A stretch of DNA of 36,809 nt, from the IMG/VR virus record IMGVR_UViG_3300020109_000004, one strand, 5' to 3'. A model generated the notes under the pieces. That model made no database searches. It had not been told where the DNA came from and saw only the letters and a program-made list of their open reading frames with translations. The position numbers and the translations under genes are program-made. The first letter of the stretch is position 1, and every line of letters begins with the position of its first letter. The stretch comes from a virus. Below are positions 31,927 to 36,809 of the stretch, one piece after another.

Positions 31927-33605
31927 CCGTGCAAGACTTGAGCGGAAAGGCTGCGGCCTTTGCCGGGGCGGCGTCGCGGATGACGTGGGTCGAGCCGAAA
32001 GATCGGCTCGATTATCAGGAAAATGACGTCGGCAACGCGCAAAGGCTGGTCGGCGCCTTCGGTCCCGATCTGCTGTTCGTGGTCGGCAAGGGCTGGGGGG
32101 TCTGGGACGGCTCGCGCTATTCGTTCGCATCTGGCGCCCTCAAGGCGACGCGGATCGGCTCGCGGCTGCGGAACGTGGTCGAGGCCGAGGCGCGGGCGTG
32201 GTTCGAGGTCGAAATCGACCCCGAGCTAGTGTCGCGCCGGCTTGAGGCTGAAATCGAGAAAGCCCGGCCCGAGTTCGCGACGCCCGAGGGCGCGATTTCG
32301 GCGATCCGCAAGGATAACTTTGCCCGGCTGATGAAACATGCCGTCAAATGCGGCAATGAAAGCAAGATCAAGGCGGCCTTGAACCTCGCGCAACCGATGG
32401 TGATGGCTGACATTGAAACGCTAGACGCCGAGCCTTGGGGCTTCATTTGCCCGAATGGGGTCATCGACCTGAGGGCCGCGCGTGATGCGGATATGTCGAA
32501 CCTTGCCGACGCCGCCGAGGGCGTCTCGATCCGGGCCGGATGGCTGCGACCGCATCGGCGCGAAAGCCTGCCGACGCGGTGCGGCGGGGTTGCCTATGAT
32601 CCGGCGGCGACCTGTCCCGAGTGGCAAGCCCTGCTTGAGCTGGTGTTGCCCTCGCCCGAGGTCCGAGCCTGTTTTCATCGCGCAATGGGGATGCTGCTTT
32701 TCGGTCGAAATGACGCGCAAGTCGCGCTCTTGTTCCGGGGCGGCGGCGGCAACGGGAAATCGACCGTCACGGCGGCGATTGCGGCAGTCCTGGGCGAGTC
32801 TGACGGCTACACGGCAGCGTGTAAAATCGAAATGTTTATCGTGACGCCGCAAACCGGGGCCGGGCAGGCGACGCCCGAGGAAGTCGATATTCCCGGCTCG
32901 CGCGTGATGATCGCATCGGAACCGGCGGCAACTGACGAGCTGTCGGCGAAAAAGATCAAGGCAATGACCGGCGGCGACCGCCGCCCGGCCCGCGCCTTGG
33001 GGATGCCGCAGTTCTACTATCGACCGCAGGCCGTGCCGATCCTGTCCTTTAACCGCACGCCGAAAATCCGAGACGAGGACGAGGGAACGCGGCGCCGGCT
33101 GGTCTTTTTCCCGTTCGACGTCAACTTGCGCGCCCTGCCGCCCGAGAAACGGCGCAATCCGTCCGAGGTCGAGGCCGCGCTCAAGGCGGAACGCCCCGGC
33201 ATCCTCAATTGGATGCTGGACGGGTGGCGCGAGTATTGCCGGCACGGTCTGGCGCCGACCGAGGAAATGCAAACGCTGAAATCCGACGTCATGGAGCGCG
33301 CCGACCCTGTGGGCGAGTTCGCCCTCGACATGACCGAGCCCGACGCCGGCGGAAAGATCAGCGTCGGCGACGCCTTTGTCGCCTATGTCGAGTGGTGTCA
33401 AAGGACGGGCGCGACCGAATACAAGAAAACGGGTTTCGCGAATATCATGCAAGAAAAGGGCTATCGAAAGCAAAAAACCGACGGCGGGCGTTGGTGGTAT
33501 AAGGGGCTCAAGTGGAAATCGACCGAGGGCGTCGCCGAGCTGCTGCGCGCGGTCAACATCACGCCGCCGCCGCCGCCCGAGCCCGAGGAACCCGCGCCCT
33601 TCTGA
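31923..33605 (+). CDS. P4/D5-family SF3 replicative helicase (primase C-terminal-type NTPase)
   Basis: Walker A FRGGGGNGKST and Walker B-like RVMIASEP. Downstream ...GGDRRPARALGMPQFYYRPQAVPILSFNRTPKIRDEDEGTRRRLVFFPF is typical of the phage/plasmid primase P4 family. Confidence 0.85.
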   Translation: MTVQDLSGKAAAFAGAASRMTWVEPKDRLDYQENDVGNAQRLVGAFGPDLLFVVGKGWGVWDGSRYSFASGALKATRIGSRLRNVVEAEARAWFEVEIDPELVSRRLEAEIEKARPEFATPEGAISAIRKDNFARLMKHAVKCGNESKIKAALNLAQPMVMADIETLDAEPWGFICPNGVIDLRAARDADMSNLADAAEGVSIRAGWLRPHRRESLPTRCGGVAYDPAATCPEWQALLELVLPSPEVRACFHRAMGMLLFGRNDAQVALLFRGGGGNGKSTVTAAIAAVLGESDGYTAACKIEMFIVTPQTGAGQATPEEVDIPGSRVMIASEPAATDELSAKKIKAMTGGDRRPARALGMPQFYYRPQAVPILSFNRTPKIRDEDEGTRRRLVFFPFDVNLRALPPEKRRNPSEVEAALKAERPGILNWMLDGWREYCRHGLAPTEEMQTLKSDVMERADPVGEFALDMTEPDAGGKISVGDAFVAYVEWCQRTGATEYKKTGFANIMQEKGYRKQKTDGGRWWYKGLKWKSTEGVAELLRAVNITPPPPPEPEEPAPF

Positions 33606-33607
33606 TG

Positions 33608-33680
33608 ATCCGCAAAGCGGATATTTGCCCTTGCGGCGGCATCCGCTTTGCGTATAAATCGACATACGCAAAACGGATGC
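33608..33680. promoter_or_regulatory. three further operator copies (ATCCGCAAAGCGGATAT; ATACGCAAAGCGGATGC on minus; ATACGCAAAACGGATGC)
   Basis: Sites at 33608-33624 (perfect 6-3-6 palindrome), 33639-33655 (minus strand) and 33664-33680. Each is 14/17 identical to the 26492/26517 sites, and the last two are again 25 bp apart. Confidence 0.55.
33631..33658 (+). promoter_or_regulatory. candidate promoter TTGCGG-N16-TATAAA
   Basis: -35 at 33631-33636 and -10 at 33653-33658. The operator at 33639-33655 ends in the first half of the -10, as at the other two promoters. Confidence 0.5.
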
Positions 33681-33695
33681 CGAAAGGGGCGCAAC

Positions 33696-33914
33696 ATGAA
33701 CAATCCTCGCGAGCTGATCGACCGCGAAATCGAATGGAACGGCGACCGCTGGTCGGTTGGCGGGGTTGGGGTGGTCGAGGCCGGCGCGGTCTTTTGTCAC
33801 CTTTGGAGCCTGACGCGAACGCTTTGCATTCAAAAGAATGGGCGCGCGGTTCCTGTGCAGTCTTGCGATTTTGTCGATCTGGCGGCCTTTGGCCTCGCGG
33901 GGGTGGCGCAATGA
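33696..33914 (+). CDS. hypothetical 72-aa protein
   Basis: ATG 33696 preceded by AAGGGG. MNNPRELIDREIEWNGDRWSV...; ATGA overlap with the next ORF. Confidence 0.5.
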   Translation: MNNPRELIDREIEWNGDRWSVGGVGVVEAGAVFCHLWSLTRTLCIQKNGRAVPVQSCDFVDLAAFGLAGVAQ

Positions 33915-34060
33915 TCGCCGCGCTTGTGATCGGCGGGGCGCTGGCCGCCGGCGTTGGCGGTCTGGTCGCGACGTTCCTAGACTTTCGGGCGTATCTGCGG
34001 GAACGGGGCGCGCTCGACATGCGGCCCGTCGCCGGGGTCGCGGCGGTTCCTGCCGAGTGA
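33911..34060 (+). CDS. hypothetical 49-aa membrane protein
   Basis: MIAALVIGGALAAGVGGLVATFLDFRAYLRERG... has one clear hydrophobic helix and is translationally coupled upstream. Confidence 0.4.
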   Translation: MIAALVIGGALAAGVGGLVATFLDFRAYLRERGALDMRPVAGVAAVPAE

Positions 34061-34088
34061 TCCGCCCCGCGCCCCGCGACTTTCTCGG

Positions 34089-34436
34089 CGCCCTGACCTC
34101 GCCCTCGCCCTCGCCCCGCGCCCCTCTTGATCGGCGCGAGAGCAAATCGCCCCAAATGAGGCGATGCGGCGGCGGGGCTAGGGCGAAAGGGGCGGAAAGC
34201 GGTCGCGCTGCGCGCGCGGAGAAAGTGAAGGGCGGCGGCGAGGCGAGGGCGATCAGGGCGAAAAGATGCCCTAAGAGGGCGAGGGGCCGGCGCCCGGATT
34301 GACGGAAAATCGTTTGATTTCAAAAGCCGAGGGCAGAAGGGCATAACTTCCAAACTATTAAACTGCATGTGAAGAAAACAAGAGAAACACAACCTAAGAG
34401 GGGCTAAGGGCGTTTTGCCCTCGCCCTCTTGCCCTA
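34089..34436. repeat. second GCCCT/AGGGC pentamer cluster flanking an AT-rich island
   Basis: GCCCTGACCTCGCCCTCGCCCTCGCCCC (34089-34116). AGGGC-type copies on the other strand at 34170-34285, including three GGGCGRAAAG. GCCCTCGCCCTCTTGCCCT at 34417-34435. AT-rich stretch at about 34298-34398. Confidence 0.6.
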
Positions 34437-34450
34437 AAGGACGCCGACCG

Positions 34451-35101
34451 ATGACCGATAATCCCGACTTTCCCGGCCTCGCGCCGATCCGCCGCCGCAG
34501 CAAACCCGACCGGGGCGCGACCGGGCGGGCCGCGCCTCGGCGCGTGCTGACGACGGTCGAGGTCGAGGTCGAGACGTTCGACCCTGTTGCGCGGGTCATC
34601 AACACGCATAAGGAAACCGCCCGCGCCTATGTCCGCGAGCTGCCGGGCGTCTTGGCCGCGCTGCCGGCGCCCTTGCGCGAGGCCGCGCTCGCCTATGCGA
34701 AGGCGGTCGAGGACGTGGCGGCGGGCGGCGCGGCTGATCCTGCGGCAAAGGCCGCCAAGGGCTCGCCGGCGGTGCGGAAAGAGGGCCGGCAGTTTCACGC
34801 GGTGCGGCAGGTTGAACATCTGCGGCGCCTTGAGGCGGCGGTCGGGCCGGGGGCGCTGCGCCTCGGGCGTCGCCGCGATTGCCCTGAGGGCGTCGAGGTC
34901 ACGCGGCTGTCGATCCTGCGCGCGGTCGCCGTCGATGGGCTGTCGGTCGCTGGATTGCTGGCCGCGCTGCGCCTCGGGCGCTCGGCGGCCCGTCAAAAGC
35001 TGGTCCTGGGCTCGCTTTTGGCCTCGGTCGAGGCGGTCGCGGGCGCCCTCGATCCGGTCGGCGATCAGGAAAAAAGCGGCTCGCCTAAAAAAAGAGATTG
35101 A
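34451..35101 (+). CDS. hypothetical protein with HTH-like C-terminal region
   Basis: 216 aa from ATG 34451 (AAGGA upstream). The C-terminal LSILRAVAVDGLSVAGLLAALRLGRSAARQKL looks HTH-like. First gene after the non-coding region. Confidence 0.45.
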   Translation: MTDNPDFPGLAPIRRRSKPDRGATGRAAPRRVLTTVEVEVETFDPVARVINTHKETARAYVRELPGVLAALPAPLREAALAYAKAVEDVAAGGAADPAAKAAKGSPAVRKEGRQFHAVRQVEHLRRLEAAVGPGALRLGRRRDCPEGVEVTRLSILRAVAVDGLSVAGLLAALRLGRSAARQKLVLGSLLASVEAVAGALDPVGDQEKSGSPKKRD

Positions 35102-35242
35102 CGGAACGGCGCAACCGAAAGCTGTTCGCTCAAATGGTCGCGAAGGTGCGCCCGGCGAATGGGGGCCGGTTGACGGCGCCGCCGACCTGACGCGCGGCCC
35201 GGTCCTGATGGATCGGGCCGCAATGCTTTTGAGGGGTTCGAC

Positions 35243-35899
35243 GTGCTGTCTATCGAAAGCAACATCGCCGAGCTACGGCGCGAGCTGCGCGGGTTCCAGC
35301 ATGAACAACTGCCTTTTGCCGTGTCGATGGCGCTAAACGAGGCGGGCGCCGATCTGATCGAGGAAAACAAGCGCAACCTCGCGTCGAGCTTTGACAACCC
35401 GACGCGCTGGACCTTGAACGCCTTTCGCCTGCAACGCTCGACAAAGGCGCGGCTGGTCGCCTCGATCAAGCGAAAGGATATGGTCGGGCGGCGCCATTAC
35501 CTTGAGGTTCAAGCCAAGGGCGGCGGGCGATCTGAGGTCGGTTTCGAGCGCAAGTTCGGGGCCGGCTTCATCGCCGCGCCGAAAGCCCGGCGTGATGGCT
35601 TCGGCAACATCGCCCGCGCCGAGCTGCGCCGGATCATCGCCCAAACCGGCGGCGGTGCGGCGCCCAGCTCGCGCCGGGGCGCGGCCTTGTTCGTGGTGGC
35701 GAAAGGGTCGCGGCTCAAGCCGGGCGTGTATCAACGCAAGGGCAAGTCAATCTCGCGGCTCTTGGCTTTCGATGCGAAGGCGCCGAGCTACCGCAAGCGA
35801 TACGATTTCGAGGGGCCGCTCATGCGGCGCGGGTCGCAGATAATGCCGGGTCTGCTGTCGGCGGCGATGGCGCGCGCCCTCGCGACCGCGCGGCGCTGA
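35243..35899 (+). CDS. hypothetical protein, probably virion-associated
   Basis: 218 aa with a GTG start after GAGGGG and good coding composition. It lies next to the fibre genes. No family assigned. Confidence 0.45.
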   Translation: MLSIESNIAELRRELRGFQHEQLPFAVSMALNEAGADLIEENKRNLASSFDNPTRWTLNAFRLQRSTKARLVASIKRKDMVGRRHYLEVQAKGGGRSEVGFERKFGAGFIAAPKARRDGFGNIARAELRRIIAQTGGGAAPSSRRGAALFVVAKGSRLKPGVYQRKGKSISRLLAFDAKAPSYRKRYDFEGPLMRRGSQIMPGLLSAAMARALATARR

Positions 35900-35978
35900 T
35901 CCGGGCCGAGGCGGGGCAGGGGCCGACCCCCCCCCTGTCTAGGTTCTTCCGGCGACCTTGCAACGTGGGTTTATTCGC

Positions 35979-36007
35979 GCCCCGTTGCGTGGGGCTTTCG
36001 GGTTTTC
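35979..36007 (+). terminator. weak terminator-like hairpin
   Basis: GCCCC-N7-GGGGC followed by TTTCGGGTTTTC. Confidence 0.35.
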
Positions 36008-36052
36008 TGGCCGGGCTGTCGCTTTCGGTTTGGGTTGTTATTTGGGGGCGCC

Positions 36053-36376
36053 ATGCAAAAGCCAATTCCGTTTTTTCGCGGCGATACGCTGCGATTGCCG
36101 GTTCGCGTTGTCAGTTCTGAGACGCGCGAGCCGGTCAATCTGACCGGATACCGGGTCGAGGCTGCGGTCGAGACGCCGCACGGCGCGCGGGTCTATAATT
36201 TCACGGTCGCCGCGCCGGATGCGACGGGCCTTGTCATCCTGACGGCGGCGCCGGCTGTGACCTCGGCGTGGCCCGAGGGTCCGCTTCTGTGCGCGGTGCG
36301 GCTCTTTTCGCCGGCGGGCGATCTGGTGACGTCGCCGAGCTGGTCGATTTCATCCGACCGCAGTCTTTTCGAGTAG
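36053..36376 (+). CDS. small beta-sandwich-like virion protein
   Basis: 107 aa. IPFFRGDTLRLPVRVVSSETREPVNLTGYRVEAAV... is a pattern common in phage fibre-associated Ig-like proteins. GGGGG Shine-Dalgarno. Confidence 0.45.
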   Translation: MQKPIPFFRGDTLRLPVRVVSSETREPVNLTGYRVEAAVETPHGARVYNFTVAAPDATGLVILTAAPAVTSAWPEGPLLCAVRLFSPAGDLVTSPSWSISSDRSLFE

Positions 36377-36391
36377 GGGGGCGCGCGCGCA

Positions 36392-36809
36392 ATGCTGTTC
36401 ATTATCGAGGCTGGCGGGGTCGCGGTCGAGGTCGGGGTTCCGCTGCATATCGCGACCGGCGGCGGCGCCGGCGGCGGCGGTGGCGGCGAGCCCGGCGCCT
36501 CGGCGTATGAGCTGGCCGTCGCGGCGGGCTTTGTCGGCACGGTCGAGCAATGGCTCGCGTCGCTGGTCGGCGGCGCTGGCGATGACGGCGCCTCGGCGTA
36601 TGAGCTGGCCGTCGCGGCGGGCTTTGTCGGCACGGTCGAGCAATGGCTCGCGTCGCTGATCGGCGGCCCTGGCGATGACGGTGCCTCGGCGTATGAGCTG
36701 GCCGTCGCGGCGGGCTTTGCCGGCACGGTCGAGCAATGGCTCGCGTCGCTGGTCGGCGGCGCTGGCGATGACGGCGCCTCGGCGTATGAGCTGGCCGTCG
36801 CGGCGGGCT
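36392..36809 (+). CDS. 5' part of tail-fibre-like tandem-repeat protein (runs off the window end, continues at 1..252)
   Basis: ATG 36392 gives MLFIIEAGGVAVEVGVPLHIATGGGAGGGGGGEPGA, then 31-aa units SAYELAVAAGFVGTVEQWLASLVGGAGDDGA. The Y-E-L-A-V..GF.GT.E.WL.SL motif is recurrent in phage fibre proteins. Confidence 0.7.
   Translation, partial: MLFIIEAGGVAVEVGVPLHIATGGGAGGGGGGEPGASAYELAVAAGFVGTVEQWLASLVGGAGDDGASAYELAVAAGFVGTVEQWLASLIGGPGDDGASAYELAVAAGFAGTVEQWLASLVGGAGDDGASAYELAVAAG
36500..36809 (+). repeat. 93-bp in-frame tandem repeat, 3.3 copies
   Basis: Units start at 36500, 36593, 36686 and 36779, differing only at a few positions (V/A, V/I, A/P codons). Confidence 0.9.

Larger units (their letters stand above)
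1..36809 (+). mobile_element. complete phage (possibly phage-plasmid) genome on a circularly permuted contig; unique length about 36685 bp
   Basis: Bases 36686-36809 are identical to 1-124. Collapsing the overlap keeps the fibre ORF open across the junction, whereas direct concatenation gives TTC GGC GTA TGA. Packaging, head, tail, lysis, replication and immunity modules are all present. Confidence 0.8.

Noticed and set aside
34243-34260. Shared 14-15-mer GCCCTGATCGCCCT between the two GCCCT clusters (also near 22923), and 12-mers such as CGCCTCGATCTG at 23710 and 25220, as specific repeated sites.
   Set aside because: Exact matches of 12-15 nt are expected by chance among roughly 1e9 position pairs in GC-biased 37-kb sequence. 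Only the overall pentamer enrichment is reported.
36686-36809. 124-bp direct terminal repeat as true physical phage ends.
   Set aside because: The overlap lies inside a coding 93-bp tandem repeat. It equals one unit plus 31 nt, and collapsing it restores the reading frame. It is most simply an assembly or circularisation overlap.

Overview
This high-GC 36.8-kb window reads as one complete, circularly closed genome of a temperate siphovirus-like phage, probably of an alphaproteobacterium. The host guess rests on RcGTA-type tail genes, a GH108 lysin and the GC content. Bases 36686-36809 repeat bases 1-124 exactly. Only collapsing that overlap keeps a tail-fibre repeat gene in frame across the junction, giving a unique length of about 36685 bp.

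Gene order on the + strand:
- Tail-fibre repeat protein and glycine-rich fibre protein.
- Nu1-like small terminase, gpA-like large terminase, an SSB gene wedged into the packaging operon, a gpW-like protein and a lambda-type portal.
- A single 624-aa prohead-protease/scaffold/HK97-capsid fusion.
- Three small head-tail genes, tail tube, and a tail chaperone with a canonical G GGA AAC -1 frameshift site.
- Tape measure and RcGTA g12-g15-like distal tail, hub, NlpC/P60 peptidase and megatron proteins.
- DUF2793-like fibre, then GH108 endolysin and a holin-like gene.
- A large metallophosphoesterase and a DUF5664-like nucleotide hydrolase.

Next comes a plasmid-style origin with an AT-rich tract, four iterons phased at 21 bp and a Rep_3-like initiator. 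A leftward immunity/early arm follows: CI-like repressor, Fis-type HTH, terminator, a PL-like promoter, then four small genes including a Lar-like protein. The rightward early arm has three DNA-binding proteins, an HD hydrolase, a zf-CHC2/Toprim primase and a P4/D5-type SF3 helicase. A second structural cluster then leads back to the fibre genes.

I recognised no integrase, transposase, protelomerase, partition genes, tRNA or CRISPR.

Observations most worth follow-up:
1. A 17-bp pseudo-palindromic operator sits in the same register in three dispersed promoters, one of which drives an XRE moron inside the tail operon.
2. The combination of iterons, Rep and repressor with no integrase suggests a phage-plasmid lifestyle.
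3. GCCCT-pentamer clusters bracket the early region.
4. A metallophosphoesterase, a micro-ORF and a nucleotide hydrolase form an accessory block after the lysis genes.

All family names come from motif recognition by eye. No database search was run.
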